A DNA stretch of 64,000 nucleotides from a virus (IMGVR_UViG_3300050138_000573:2098-66097); one strand, 5' to 3'. Positions 36,697-47,647 are shown, counted from the first letter of the stretch. The notes: a model not told the origin generated them from the letters alone. Numbers and translations are program-made.

Positions 36697-39195
36697 TCAG
36701 GGAGCGTTCCCGGGCGCGGCCGCGCCCGGCTGCGCCGTCTGGCTCAACTTCGTTGGAAACTTCGTTGAACCCCCGGCGCCGGCGTCGCCCAGTTTCGCGC
36801 CACCAGCGGGCTTCGCGTTGCCATCGGCGCCCGGTGACTCCGGCGGCGGTGAAGCGGCGGCGGTCATCAGGTCTTCCTTCACGCCAATCTCGCCCATGAT
36901 GGCCATGCGCTCTGTGGGGTTCAGCTCCCCGATCTTCGCCGTGACCGCGACCGTGGACTTCGTAGCTTCCTCCGGTGGCGGTGGCGGCGGTGCCGGCGGG
37001 ACGGGAACGATGGTCGTTTCGGCGTTCGTCTTGGGCGAAAGCGCGCGAATCTGATCCCGGTAGAATGGAGCCACGCGGGTCTGCACTTCGGGCGGAAGCA
37101 GGTAGAATTTCTCGACGATCGCGGCGGCGGCGGATGCCTGCTGCACATTCTGCTGGTTCTTGTGCGTGGTCAGGGAGATTGTGCACTTCATCTTTAGTCC
37201 GCGCACATCGTCGGGTGAAATTTTGTCGATGCCCTGGGTATCACCCTCGAGGTAGGTGAATGCTTCCTCGGGGTTGATGTTCGCCAGGGTCACATCGATT
37301 TCACGATTGAGGAGCCGCGTCATCGGGCTCTCGAGATCGGACACGATCGGCTGGAACAGTTCGTCGCCGGATTTCTGCACTTCGACGATGCCGGTCGCGA
37401 GCTTGGACGACTGCATGCCCGCGGCCTGGTCGTCGTTCGCGTTGCTCACCCCGCTCTCATTCATGAGGAGCTGAATGAAGAACTGGATCATCTTCTGGAT
37501 GTCCTCGAACTTGATGTCGTTGAGATAGACCACGGAGAGCACGTCCTCGGCCTTCATGCCGGCCTTCTTCGTGTAGCTGCCGCCCCAGTTCATCTTGAGG
37601 TTCGGGTCGCGGTCGCCTTCGAGTGTATTGGTCGGCGTCCAGAAATCGACGCGGCCACTGCGGCTCTGGCTGAAATTCCAGCGGTTCACCAGCAGGTCCA
37701 CGATCGTCTGGTAGGACTCAAAGAGTTCCATAATCCCTTGGCCGTACCACCGGCCCTGCACAGGGTTGATGCGGATGACCTCGATTGGGCGCAATCCGTC
37801 CGTCGTCACGTTGGCCACATGGTCGTAAAAGATAGGTGCGCGGCTCACGCGGTCGCAGATCAGCATGATGTTTTCCGCGATGCCGTCATTGTTCGCGTCG
37901 AACCATATATAGAACTCGGCAAACTCGGCGACCGGACCTGACGAATCGGCGTTGCTCGGGACGGGCGTGTAATTCTCGTTCGGGCGGATCGCGAGGCTCT
38001 CGGCCGCTTTCGGAGCGGAGGTGTTCGACTCGAGCTTTTTGACGAGCGCCATCATCTTTTGCGCCACGGCCTTTCGCTGGTCGGTGGTGTCATCGATCAT
38101 GCCGCGCTTCACGACGAGATCGACGAACTCGGCCACCTGCTTGTCATAGAGGTGGCAGCAGCAGTCGGCGGTCTGCACGCTCTTCGCGGTCAGCGGGCAG
38201 AGGAAGTCCTTGTAATAAATGACTTCGCTGCGTGCTCCTTCGAAGAGCACCTGGCGGCGATTGAGCGTGGAATTTTGCCAGATCGGATTATCGGGTTTCG
38301 GGGTCACGCCATCTTTCGCCAAGACCTGCGTGCCGGCGCCATCCTCGGCATCCTTCCACTGATCGTCGTCCTGAGTGATGACATCACCCTTTGCGTCGCG
38401 CACCGGCTGTCCATCCACGTCATGCAGCACCACGGCATCGGTATCAAAAATCTGATCGCGCACGACATAGCTCGTTTTGACCGCACACTCACCCAGCACC
38501 AGCGCCACGCTGATCGCTTCCTCCTTGTCGTCGCGGGAGTCGGCCTGAGCCAACTTGTAACGGCAGAAACGCTCGATTTTGTCCGCGAGTTCCTCGTCCA
38601 CCGGATCACCACTACCCGGCGTCGGGTCCACCGAAAACCACGGGTTACCACCGAAAAAGGCATTGATCGCGCGGGCGATCATCTGGCGGCAAATGCGGCG
38701 CACCACCGGGACCGCGATGTTCGACGACATGAAAATGTTGTCCAAGCCCATCGTCCACGGGCGCCACGAGACATCGTTCATGAAGGTCGCATCGAACCGC
38801 GACCGCTTGCCGAGGAAGGTGCTCGCCTGCAGGAAGCCCTGCGCGGCTGAAATCATGTTCGGCGCCGGCGCGAGGTTCGCCCACCATGTCGGCTGAAGCG
38901 TCTGGTCGCGGCCCGCCTCGTTTCCCATATCCATCAACCGCTTGAACGCGTAGTCGATCATCTTCGTCTCTTGGTCCCTCGTCAGCTTTAACTGGGTCTG
39001 GAACGGCACGAGCGGTGCATTCTGATCCACTGGGTCGCCCAACGCCTTCGTCGCCTTGTCGATGAACGGCGCATCATCCGGCGGGGGCGGCGGGGGAGGG
39101 GACGGCGGCTGGTCCGGAACCTGAGACGGGTCTTGGGCGGGGGCCCGCGGGGGCGCCACTGTCGTCTCGGGATCATCCTGGGGAACGTCTGGCAT
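36697..39195 (-). CDS. portal protein
   Basis: 832 aa; ALVLGECAVK, DFLCP..A.S...AD, GRWYG.G..E, N.SGVS...ATGI podovirus-portal-like motifs. Confidence 0.75.
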   Translation of the reverse strand: MPDVPQDDPETTVAPPRAPAQDPSQVPDQPPSPPPPPPPDDAPFIDKATKALGDPVDQNAPLVPFQTQLKLTRDQETKMIDYAFKRLMDMGNEAGRDQTLQPTWWANLAPAPNMISAAQGFLQASTFLGKRSRFDATFMNDVSWRPWTMGLDNIFMSSNIAVPVVRRICRQMIARAINAFFGGNPWFSVDPTPGSGDPVDEELADKIERFCRYKLAQADSRDDKEEAISVALVLGECAVKTSYVVRDQIFDTDAVVLHDVDGQPVRDAKGDVITQDDDQWKDAEDGAGTQVLAKDGVTPKPDNPIWQNSTLNRRQVLFEGARSEVIYYKDFLCPLTAKSVQTADCCCHLYDKQVAEFVDLVVKRGMIDDTTDQRKAVAQKMMALVKKLESNTSAPKAAESLAIRPNENYTPVPSNADSSGPVAEFAEFYIWFDANNDGIAENIMLICDRVSRAPIFYDHVANVTTDGLRPIEVIRINPVQGRWYGQGIMELFESYQTIVDLLVNRWNFSQSRSGRVDFWTPTNTLEGDRDPNLKMNWGGSYTKKAGMKAEDVLSVVYLNDIKFEDIQKMIQFFIQLLMNESGVSNANDDQAAGMQSSKLATGIVEVQKSGDELFQPIVSDLESPMTRLLNREIDVTLANINPEEAFTYLEGDTQGIDKISPDDVRGLKMKCTISLTTHKNQQNVQQASAAAAIVEKFYLLPPEVQTRVAPFYRDQIRALSPKTNAETTIVPVPPAPPPPPPEEATKSTVAVTAKIGELNPTERMAIMGEIGVKEDLMTAAASPPPESPGADGNAKPAGGAKLGDAGAGGSTKFPTKLSQTAQPGAAAPGNAP

Positions 39196-39229
39196 CGGAT
39201 AGGTGGGTTAAGGATGAACGGCGGCGAAA

Positions 39230-42200
39230 TCAATCTGTTCCGGTGCGCTGGAGTTGCGGCGGCATGCGGTGAAGGGCCTGCAGCGCCCGCTGTCCGAGTT
39301 GCATCCGACTCTGTTTGGCGCGAATGTAGGTCGCGCGTTGCTCAGGATTGAGGGTGCGAATGAACTCGGTTTCGCGGCCCTTTTGCCCGGTGAAAGGATG
39401 GCTCGCCCATTGTTTGAAATGCTTCTCGATTTGTGCAGGCGTCTTTTTCTGTAGCAGCGTCTCGAGTTCCTTCCTCATGTCGTCGGGGTTATTGCGGCGG
39501 GCCGCTGCCGTCATGTCGGTGAAATCGCCGGCGTAAAACTCGGCGGAAGGTGTGATCTTCTTCGTGCTGTTGAAGTCGCGCGCCAGTGAACTCATGCGCT
39601 GTTCGGGCGACGGCGCGGTGTCGGTCTTGAGACCCATCGATTGCATGGCCTGCTTCTGGAACTGGCCGGGAAAGTCCTCAGTGTTGCCGCCTGTCGCGAG
39701 TCCTTTTGCCGCCGCCGTAAGTGCCGAGCCGCCGATCGGCAGCGGGACGGCAGATTTCGCCACTTCTTTCGGCAGGTCCTCCGGCTTGATCTTCTGGCCC
39801 GTGCCGGTCTCTTTGAACATGGCGGTCCAAATTGGCCGGGCCGCGACCGAGACGCGTCCGCGGGCGTAATCAAGAAACGGCTGCCAGGCATTCCCGCTGC
39901 GTTCGTAACGCGTGAGCAGGAGGTGCGAGACCTCAGCCATAATGCCGAGGGGGTTGAGGAAAAAGCCCGAACTCTTTCCACCCACCTTGTCGGGGATCCA
40001 TGCCGAGAGTTTCGAACCCCACTCTTCCTCGGGGTTCTGCCAGGTGAATTTGCCGCGGGTCATCTGATTCACGATCTGGTTGGCTGCGAAAATTCCGAGC
40101 GCGCCGGTCACCATCTGCCGACCAAGGAAGCCCATCGCGAGCCGCTTACCGCGGACGGCATCAAGCGCGCTTTTGCCAATCTGGCTGACGCCTCCTACCT
40201 CTGATTTGATGAGCCCTTCATTCCAGCCGGGAGCGAGTGCAGCGAGACGCGAGATGTCTTGGGCGCTGCGGGACTTGAACCAGCCCTGCCGTCCGATGTT
40301 ACCAAACCGCGTATTGAGATCCTTGGCGACCTGCCGGGCAACCTGGTCCTGCGATAGTTCGGGGTAGGCTTTGCTCTGCCGGTTGTATTCGATTGAACCG
40401 ACTTCCTGCATCGCGCCGCGCGTGAACTTTTCGAAGATGAATTTGTTGAGCGTGCCGAGGCCGGGGACGCTCCGAATCAGTTCTTGGTGCATCGCGTCGC
40501 CCACCTGCCCGATGTTGTAGCCATTTCGAATGAGCCGGTTCGTGGTCGCCTTCTGTTCGATCAAGTGTGGCAGCGCCTTCGGATCAATCTCCCCGTTCTT
40601 CGCCATCGTGGCCAGTTCACTCGGGCTGTGGTCGAGGATGTTAAGGCCCTTCGCGTAACTCGGGATTGGGAGACGGGGATCGGTCAAGCTCGCCGCCTTC
40701 GCAATCGCCTCGTAGGTCGCGACGCGGCCCAAGTGATACGTGTCGGCCACCAGTGCGATCGACTTGCCCGCCGCATTGAGTTTGAGCGTCGTTTTGAGAA
40801 CCTGATTGTGCTGGAAAAAGCTGGGATTGGTCAGCGCCCCGATGATGCCGCGGTATTCTTTCTTCACCGCGATGGGCACCTGACCGCCGAGAAATTCGTT
40901 TTTGTAGCCCGGCGGTTCCTGATAGTAGGTGCTGCCATCCGCACGTTCAACCCGGGCCGGCTTCACGACGATGGGCTTCTTGGACGCCGGATCGATGTAG
41001 TTGTGCAGCGAGTCCTGCCACATGCGCGCGGCGACGCCGGTTTCGCCGGCGCTGATCCGGCTGCTCAGCAGCGTAAGCGCGTCGAGGGTCTTTGGGTTCG
41101 TGCCGGCTGAAATCGAATCGGCGTGCGTATCAAAGACGCGATTCTTGCGGCTGGAGGCGCCGGTCGGCGACATGCCGGCGCCGGTTTCGCCATCCAAAAC
41201 CTTCTCGAGCCAAGTGCCATCCTCGATGTCCTGCGCGTGCATGACATAGTTGTTGCGCTTGAGGGTGGGCATCCCGATGGCCTGTTCGCGTTCGGCCTGC
41301 GCGTCCGTGAGTGCTTTGTAGAGATCAGCTGCCGGCTGCATTTTGGCGTGGTTCTCTTTCGCGAAATCGATGGCCGCGATGGCGCGCGCCTTCCACTTGG
41401 GGTCGGCCTTGGTCGATGCCTCGAGCTTTGCCTTCATGGCGTCCAAGGCTTTGATGCCACCTTCGCCGGCCTCAACGTGCATGCCGATGGCATCGCCGGC
41501 GAGCGGCGGCTTCACGTCTTTGCCCAGCGCACGCTTCAGGGCGTTGTCCACGCTGGTTTCGGCTTCGCGGCCGGTCTGCTTCGCCATGTTTTCGCCGGCT
41601 TCTCTCGTATAAACCAGAGTGTCCTTGATGTCGCCCCTCTGCGACGCATCGTTCCAGGCTTTGACGATTTTCGACTTGGATGCTTCAGCTTGGGGCGACG
41701 AGATGACGGCGGCAGCTTTCTGGTCGGCTTTGGCCTTCGCGTCGTCCTGAGCGATCCGGTTGCGCTCGTTTTTTGCCTCCCGCTCAAGCTGAGCTGGAGA
41801 CCATGTGACTGATTTGTTGGATTCTTGGAGGCTCTGCAGGTGCGCCTGAACACGATCTTCGACGCTGCCAGCTTCGGCTTTCGGTGCCTCTGCGGTGCCA
41901 TGCACGCTCGCGTGCGCATCGCGGATGGCCTTCTCGAGCCGTGCTTGGTCCGCCGTGGTCGCGCCGGGATATGCAGCCTTGAGTCGCGTCACCGCCAGTT
42001 TGACCATGTGCGCGAGCTCGCGACCGGCCTTCACCCCAAGGATGGCCAAGTCGAGCGCACTGTCGTAGGCGGTAGCGAGTCCCGTGGGATCACCCAGCAC
42101 CTTGCCGCTGCCGGGTTTGTTGATCTTCGCGTTGTTGAGCGCGTCGATCAGCTTGTCTGAAAGTTTCTTCGGCTCATCGGTCACACCAAGTTGGCCGCGG

Positions 42201-45200
42201 CGCAGCTTGCCGACCGCGTTGATGATCTCAGCGGGGGTGGCATCAGCCAGCGGCTTCCCGTTGATTTCCTTCACGCCGGCGTCGGTGAGTTCCGCGGCGC
42301 GTTCGGCGCGCGACATCTGTGCCGGCGGCTTGCGCGTGTCGTCGTCCATCGATTTCCGCGGCGCCTCGGTGGTGGTCGGCTCCGGCTCGGCTTTCTTGGC
42401 GGCGGATTCGCGTGCGGCATTATTTGCCTTGTCCATCGCCGTCGGCGCGGTGCTCCGGGTTTCCTCGGGCGCGAACATTTCCGGCCCTTTATCAGCGGCA
42501 GCCTTTGGTGCTTCCGGCGCCTTTACTTCCTCGCCTGCCAAGTTGAACGGTGTCTTGTCGCCAAGCAGTTCTCCCTTCGCTGGCGCGGCGGCCTCTCCCT
42601 CGGGAGCGAAATCCGTGCTGAGTTTCCCGCCCTTGATCTTGCCCTTGTCAGGAAAGATGCGGGTGCCTGCCGGGACTGTGCGGGTGATGCCGTCCTCGAT
42701 CGTCACATTTCCGTGCTCGTCAATGTCCTTCACCGTGAACTTTTCGCCGTTCACCTCGAAGTGGTTGCCGACCGCGAGCTGGTCCACGGTCACGGGTTTG
42801 TTGTCCCGCAGCCACTCTTTCTTCTGTTCACCCGAGAAAAATGCGCGCTCGAATTTATCGAGATACTCGCCGCGCTTCTGCTGCGCGCGATCGCTCTGCA
42901 TCGCCATCCGTTCCTTCTGGCGCATGACCACGGCCTTGCGAATCTCACTGTTGAGCGATTCAACCGTGCCATCAGGGATAAGTCCTTGGGCGTGGAGGTC
43001 CTGTGCAAGCGTGTCGGGCTTCACGCCGTCCTTGCGCAGTAGCCGTGCGGCCACGCCGGGCAGGGCTTGGTCATCGTATTCACCACCAGGGTTTTTGGCA
43101 GATGCCCGGGTTTTGATGCCGCCGGCCTGCTCGACGTGGTTCAAGATGTCGAAGTTGCCGCGCGGGGTGTTGCCGATACCAATTACCTTGGCTTTTGGCT
43201 CATATTTGCCTCTATTGGCGGTGCCGGAGCCCTCCTGGCCTGCAGCCGGGACAGCCGCCGCAGCGCCTTTTGCGCTGGGTTGGGGTTCAGCCTGGTTTAC
43301 GACGGGCTGTTCCCCAGCCGAGGCTGTCGGTTGATCCTTGGTCTGGAATTCGGAGGCATCCGCAACGTGATAGCCGCCTTGAGCCATACGCACCTCGATC
43401 TTTCCATCTGGCATGATGCGCGTGACTTTTCCAATGCGCGCGCTTGGGCCATGAAGTCCGGGTACCGTGAATTTCACGGTCTGTCCAACGCCGGGTTTCG
43501 CTACTTCCGGCCGAACAGCTTCCTCACCTTTAGCTTCGGGTTGTGTTCCTGCCGCTCGAACGACGGGCTTTCCGCCCTCTCGTGGCGCGGACTCTCCTCC
43601 GGCCCCGGCGGTTGCTTTCTCGCCTGCGACAGCGCCACCGCCACGGACTGTTTCTGTGCCGTTTTCGCTCCGAACTTGTTCGCTGTTTTTTGAAACGTCG
43701 GTCCCTTGTGGAACTCGCGGATGTTCTGACTCACGATTTTGGGGCTGCTGCCCTTCAGTAGTGGCATTGGATGGTTCTCCTTTTTGGGTTTTATCTTTGG
43801 CAATGGCTGCCTTGATTTCGTCGAGAGTGTACGTGCCTTTCTCGAGGGATTCCGGCACATCGGGCAGTTCGTGACCGAGTTCTTTCAGTAACCGCAGGTT
43901 CGTCGAGCCGTAGGTCCGCACCTTGTCCGACTTGGACTCGGGTGCATTGGGACTCGACAGATCGACCTGCATCACTCGGCTATGGCCTTCCGGCACCGCC
44001 TCACGCGGATAGACGTTGTAGTGGTATGTCGTGTCCTTATCGGCTATGCCGGCCTTGATCCCGGCGAGTTTGGTGGGGCCGGCCTTCTGCGCCTCCGGTC
44101 CCGGCGCGGGTTCGGTCGGCTCATTTTTGGCGGGCGCGCCGGGCTCTTCGGGCGGCGTCCCTTTCTCTTGCGCGGCCAAATCTTCCTTCAGCTTTGCGCC
44201 GCCCTCGCCGGATTTGCGCAGCCGGTCGGCAGCGGTGAGTTCGTTTTCGATGGCTTCGCGTCGCATCGTGAGTGCGTCGTGCCGGGCCTGAGTCCTGGCC
44301 TCGGGGAGTTCCACGCCCAGCGCCTTCTGCCGGTCGGCTTCCGCCGCCGCTTCTTTGGCGGATTTCGCGGGCTGGCTGTCTTTGAGCTTTTGAATTTCCG
44401 CCGCTGCCTCGGCCTCTTGGCCGGTCTTCGTGACGTGATCCTGCCACTCGGCGTCGAGTCGCTTCAGGTCGGCGCGCAGTTCAGTCGCGCGGCGCTCAGG
44501 ATCCACCACAAGCGGATTTTTCTGATACTTCGCCTCTTTCTTCAGTTCGTCGTGCCAGGCGTCGATGTCCTTGCCGGCGCGTGTCGCCAGGATTTCGCCG
44601 CGGCTCTTCCCGGTCGAATCCTGAATCTGATCCACGAGTTTTTGCGCGGACTCCTCCTTCGCGGCGGCGCGGCGGTTAAGCTCCTCGTGCGCCTTGAAAG
44701 CCTGCGCGGATTCCTCCGCGGACTTCGCCGGCGGAGGGACATCAGCCTTCCCCTTCTCCGCATCTGGCACGAGGGTCTTGGCGGACTCGGCCGCGCTCTT
44801 CGGCGCGCCTTCACCCGTCGGCTTGAATGGCTCGGCGGCTGGCGCGGGCTCGACCGGCGCGGCGGCCGGTGGCGGAGTCTCAGACTGCGGGGCTGGCGGT
44901 TCTTCCGGCGCGTGAGCACCGCGGGGAGAGAGCGCCTGGATTGCGCCGAGTCCGGTCGCGGCACCGGCCACACCTTCCATCGCAGGGCGTCCCTCAGCGA
45001 CGTTGCTCGCTGCGGCTGACGTGCCGCCAAGGACCGCCCCCTCCGTGGCCTGCGCGACGCGGTTCGTGAGGAATTTCGTGAGCGCATTGCCCGCGATTTT
45101 ATCGACGATCAGTTTGCTCGTAGCCTTCTGCAGCGGCTTCGGAAGCAGTGCGAAAAGAGCGGCTTGGACACCGCCGGAAAGGAGCGCGCGATTCACGGCC

Positions 45201-47647
45201 ATTTTCGCCGCTTGGTCCGGCCTCATGCCCTTGGCGATGGCGTTCTGATAGATGGGTTCCATCGACTGTCCTGCCGTCTGCAGGCCGATCGTGAGCGGCG
45301 CCGCGGGCCCGCTGGCAACGAGCGGCGCGAATCCGCCGGCGCCCTTCGCCGCTTCGTTCAACGCTTGGCTGACCATCCCCTCGTCCTCGTGAGGATTTTT
45401 CGCGTAGGTCTCCTTGGCCGCGGCGTCGATGAAACTGCCCATCTGGAAAAGCGGATCCCGCTGCGTTGCCGCCATCGTGGTCCCATCCGGGCCATTGAGA
45501 TCGTTCGCCACGCGAACGGCGCCCATTGGGCTGGGGCCCGGAAGCACGCTATGCGCAAGCGCCATGCCCTTCATGACCCCGGCGCCGCCTTCGGCCGCAG
45601 CCTCGGCCAGCGACTTGCCAGCGCCCTTGATCTTGTCCCAGAACGTCGGATCGCGGGTGACATCCGTGACGCGCTGCTGCTGCTCCGGCGTGAGCCGCGC
45701 AAAACGCTGCGTGCTCAATGAGGTCAGGTAATCCTGCTCCTTCTGCAATCCGTCGCGTACCTTGCCGTCGAGTTGGGTCTTCGGGTCGTTGAGCGTCGAA
45801 TTGATGTCGTCGAGGCGATTCTTGATTTTGACGAGCGAGTTCGGCTGCACCGGACCCTGGCCGGACCCGTAGCGTTTCGCCATGTCCGACATCGAGACCT
45901 CGCCGATATTTTTCACGCCGCGGGCAGCTTGCGCGAAGGGCTCGCTGGCCAGTGTGGGATCGATCTTCCCAGCCGGTGACCCTGCGGGCGGCGTGATCGC
46001 CGCGCCCGGAACCGGCTTCGGTGCTGCGGCACCAGCAACAGGCTGCGCAGCCGGAGCTGGTGAGGTCGCACTCTGTCCGACCATCGTGAGTTTGCTTGGT
46101 GTGCCCGTGGCGGGATCTCCGCCAACACCGGCCTCCTGCGCCGGATCGTATTTCTGGGGGAGTTCCGGGCCGGATGCGAAAAGACCAGGTTGCCCTGGGA
46201 CTGGTGCACCCACGGGCAGCCGGGTGCCGGAAGTCTTCACGAGTTCGTCGTGCGAGGCACGCGGGAGTGGCGCGGGCTGGCCCGGTTGCGTTGCCGCCAT
46301 GCCGCCGTATTTCGAGATGGCATTCGCGTAGGTCTGCTTCGCCTGCTGGATGGATTGCAGGGTTGGATCCTTACTCCATTCGGTTTCCGGAACGCCTTTC
46401 GTTTTCAGGATGAGTTTGCGCTCTGATTCGGCGTCGAGATAGCCGTCGTGCCCAGCCTTTGCCTTGAAGATGGCGAGTCCGAGCGTGGCATTGCGGCGGG
46501 TCAGCTCCAATGAACCGCCCGCCTTCGTCGTCGCGTCGATGGCGTCCTTCTGTTTGGTGTAGCCATCGAGTTGCGCCTGCAGCGCGTTCATCTTGTTCGT
46601 CTCCGCGATCGCTGCGGCGGTCGGTTTAGCGCCAAAACCCATAATGCCGCCCTCCGTCGCTTTCATCGTGTTCGGATCAAGCGCCTCAATCTTGGCGTTC
46701 GTGTCGTCGATCTGTGACTGGAGAGCGCCTGATTGCTGCTTCGCCGCTTCGTGCGTCGCGATGGCGTTTCCCGCCTCATCTTCCATTGGCTTGATCGCCT
46801 CCTTCCACATTGCCGAATTCCTCTCCGCCACTGCGCGATGCGCCGTCCGCGCGATTCGCGGATCAGCGTGATTCATCAGCTTGTCCATGTCGCCGGCGGC
46901 CGTGAGGGTCCCGTCCGGCATCTTGTAATAAAGCTGGTTGTCGCTTGTGTCTGTCGGCGCAATCAGCGGCGCAGGCTTGTATTGCCGCTGGCCGTAGCGA
47001 TCGACCTTTGTGAGCGTTGGTTCGCCGGTCTGGGGATGGATGCCTTCCTCCCAGCCGGTCCCATGAAAGAGCGCGCGGCCGGTGCCGGTCTCGAGCACGG
47101 GCTGCACGTTGCCGGCGCCGTCGCGATAGAACTGCTGGCCGCTCGCGCGCATCTGCGCCTCGGTCTTCGCGTTATTCGTCCGCTGCGTGTAAAGATTCTG
47201 CGACTGGGCCTCGCCGGCCTGCCGGTCAGCGGCGATCTCCGCATCCCGGTATTGCTTGGGCGTGATGACCGGGCCGTTTGGTGAGACCGGCTGGGAGTTC
47301 GAATAGGCGTCCTTCCAGGCTGAGGTCGCCGTGTTCAGCAGGGCCGCGCGCGCCGCGGCGTGCCGCTCAGTTGCATCTGCGGCCAGCGGCTCGGCCGGCA
47401 TTCCGGGTTCGGGCGGTTGGATTTCCGGCGGCGGTGTGTCGCTCGGCTCTGGCACTTGAGCCGGGGGCGCGTCTGAACCGCGTGGCACCTGATTCCCACG
47501 ACGGCTGAAACCGAGTGCGCGCCCGTGATTGATGACCGGGGGCGGCGGTGGCGGGCCGGCCGGATTGATGACCGGCGTACCCTCGGGCACCGGCGCCGTT
47601 GCTACGTTGCCTTGCTCCTGATCCGTCTGGTCAATGTCGTCGGCCAT
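39230..47647 (-). CDS. giant (2805 aa) internal virion/DNA-ejection-type protein
   Basis: single long ORF between TerL and portal; A/P/G/E-rich, helical C-terminus. Confidence 0.8.
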   Translation of the reverse strand: MADDIDQTDQEQGNVATAPVPEGTPVINPAGPPPPPPVINHGRALGFSRRGNQVPRGSDAPPAQVPEPSDTPPPEIQPPEPGMPAEPLAADATERHAAARAALLNTATSAWKDAYSNSQPVSPNGPVITPKQYRDAEIAADRQAGEAQSQNLYTQRTNNAKTEAQMRASGQQFYRDGAGNVQPVLETGTGRALFHGTGWEEGIHPQTGEPTLTKVDRYGQRQYKPAPLIAPTDTSDNQLYYKMPDGTLTAAGDMDKLMNHADPRIARTAHRAVAERNSAMWKEAIKPMEDEAGNAIATHEAAKQQSGALQSQIDDTNAKIEALDPNTMKATEGGIMGFGAKPTAAAIAETNKMNALQAQLDGYTKQKDAIDATTKAGGSLELTRRNATLGLAIFKAKAGHDGYLDAESERKLILKTKGVPETEWSKDPTLQSIQQAKQTYANAISKYGGMAATQPGQPAPLPRASHDELVKTSGTRLPVGAPVPGQPGLFASGPELPQKYDPAQEAGVGGDPATGTPSKLTMVGQSATSPAPAAQPVAGAAAPKPVPGAAITPPAGSPAGKIDPTLASEPFAQAARGVKNIGEVSMSDMAKRYGSGQGPVQPNSLVKIKNRLDDINSTLNDPKTQLDGKVRDGLQKEQDYLTSLSTQRFARLTPEQQQRVTDVTRDPTFWDKIKGAGKSLAEAAAEGGAGVMKGMALAHSVLPGPSPMGAVRVANDLNGPDGTTMAATQRDPLFQMGSFIDAAAKETYAKNPHEDEGMVSQALNEAAKGAGGFAPLVASGPAAPLTIGLQTAGQSMEPIYQNAIAKGMRPDQAAKMAVNRALLSGGVQAALFALLPKPLQKATSKLIVDKIAGNALTKFLTNRVAQATEGAVLGGTSAAASNVAEGRPAMEGVAGAATGLGAIQALSPRGAHAPEEPPAPQSETPPPAAAPVEPAPAAEPFKPTGEGAPKSAAESAKTLVPDAEKGKADVPPPAKSAEESAQAFKAHEELNRRAAAKEESAQKLVDQIQDSTGKSRGEILATRAGKDIDAWHDELKKEAKYQKNPLVVDPERRATELRADLKRLDAEWQDHVTKTGQEAEAAAEIQKLKDSQPAKSAKEAAAEADRQKALGVELPEARTQARHDALTMRREAIENELTAADRLRKSGEGGAKLKEDLAAQEKGTPPEEPGAPAKNEPTEPAPGPEAQKAGPTKLAGIKAGIADKDTTYHYNVYPREAVPEGHSRVMQVDLSSPNAPESKSDKVRTYGSTNLRLLKELGHELPDVPESLEKGTYTLDEIKAAIAKDKTQKGEPSNATTEGQQPQNRESEHPRVPQGTDVSKNSEQVRSENGTETVRGGGAVAGEKATAGAGGESAPREGGKPVVRAAGTQPEAKGEEAVRPEVAKPGVGQTVKFTVPGLHGPSARIGKVTRIMPDGKIEVRMAQGGYHVADASEFQTKDQPTASAGEQPVVNQAEPQPSAKGAAAAVPAAGQEGSGTANRGKYEPKAKVIGIGNTPRGNFDILNHVEQAGGIKTRASAKNPGGEYDDQALPGVAARLLRKDGVKPDTLAQDLHAQGLIPDGTVESLNSEIRKAVVMRQKERMAMQSDRAQQKRGEYLDKFERAFFSGEQKKEWLRDNKPVTVDQLAVGNHFEVNGEKFTVKDIDEHGNVTIEDGITRTVPAGTRIFPDKGKIKGGKLSTDFAPEGEAAAPAKGELLGDKTPFNLAGEEVKAPEAPKAAADKGPEMFAPEETRSTAPTAMDKANNAARESAAKKAEPEPTTTEAPRKSMDDDTRKPPAQMSRAERAAELTDAGVKEINGKPLADATPAEIINAVGKLRRGQLGVTDEPKKLSDKLIDALNNAKINKPGSGKVLGDPTGLATAYDSALDLAILGVKAGRELAHMVKLAVTRLKAAYPGATTADQARLEKAIRDAHASVHGTAEAPKAEAGSVEDRVQAHLQSLQESNKSVTWSPAQLEREAKNERNRIAQDDAKAKADQKAAAVISSPQAEASKSKIVKAWNDASQRGDIKDTLVYTREAGENMAKQTGREAETSVDNALKRALGKDVKPPLAGDAIGMHVEAGEGGIKALDAMKAKLEASTKADPKWKARAIAAIDFAKENHAKMQPAADLYKALTDAQAEREQAIGMPTLKRNNYVMHAQDIEDGTWLEKVLDGETGAGMSPTGASSRKNRVFDTHADSISAGTNPKTLDALTLLSSRISAGETGVAARMWQDSLHNYIDPASKKPIVVKPARVERADGSTYYQEPPGYKNEFLGGQVPIAVKKEYRGIIGALTNPSFFQHNQVLKTTLKLNAAGKSIALVADTYHLGRVATYEAIAKAASLTDPRLPIPSYAKGLNILDHSPSELATMAKNGEIDPKALPHLIEQKATTNRLIRNGYNIGQVGDAMHQELIRSVPGLGTLNKFIFEKFTRGAMQEVGSIEYNRQSKAYPELSQDQVARQVAKDLNTRFGNIGRQGWFKSRSAQDISRLAALAPGWNEGLIKSEVGGVSQIGKSALDAVRGKRLAMGFLGRQMVTGALGIFAANQIVNQMTRGKFTWQNPEEEWGSKLSAWIPDKVGGKSSGFFLNPLGIMAEVSHLLLTRYERSGNAWQPFLDYARGRVSVAARPIWTAMFKETGTGQKIKPEDLPKEVAKSAVPLPIGGSALTAAAKGLATGGNTEDFPGQFQKQAMQSMGLKTDTAPSPEQRMSSLARDFNSTKKITPSAEFYAGDFTDMTAAARRNNPDDMRKELETLLQKKTPAQIEKHFKQWASHPFTGQKGRETEFIRTLNPEQRATYIRAKQSRMQLGQRALQALHRMPPQLQRTGTD
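43501..43767 (-). CDS. overprinted small basic protein nested in the giant gene (alternate frame)
   Basis: AAAGGAGAACCATCCA-ATG RBS; MPLLKGSSPKIVSQNIREF...KQSVAVALSQAR matches a common small phage protein pattern. Confidence 0.7.
   Translation of the reverse strand: MPLLKGSSPKIVSQNIREFHKGPTFQKTANKFGAKTAQKQSVAVALSQARKQPPGPEESPRHERAESPSFERQEHNPKLKVRKLFGRK

Noticed and set aside
42084-45019. Long + strand ORFs antisense to the giant gene (e.g. 416 aa, 345 aa)
   Set aside because: Typical high-GC shadow ORFs with no motifs, RBS or operon context.
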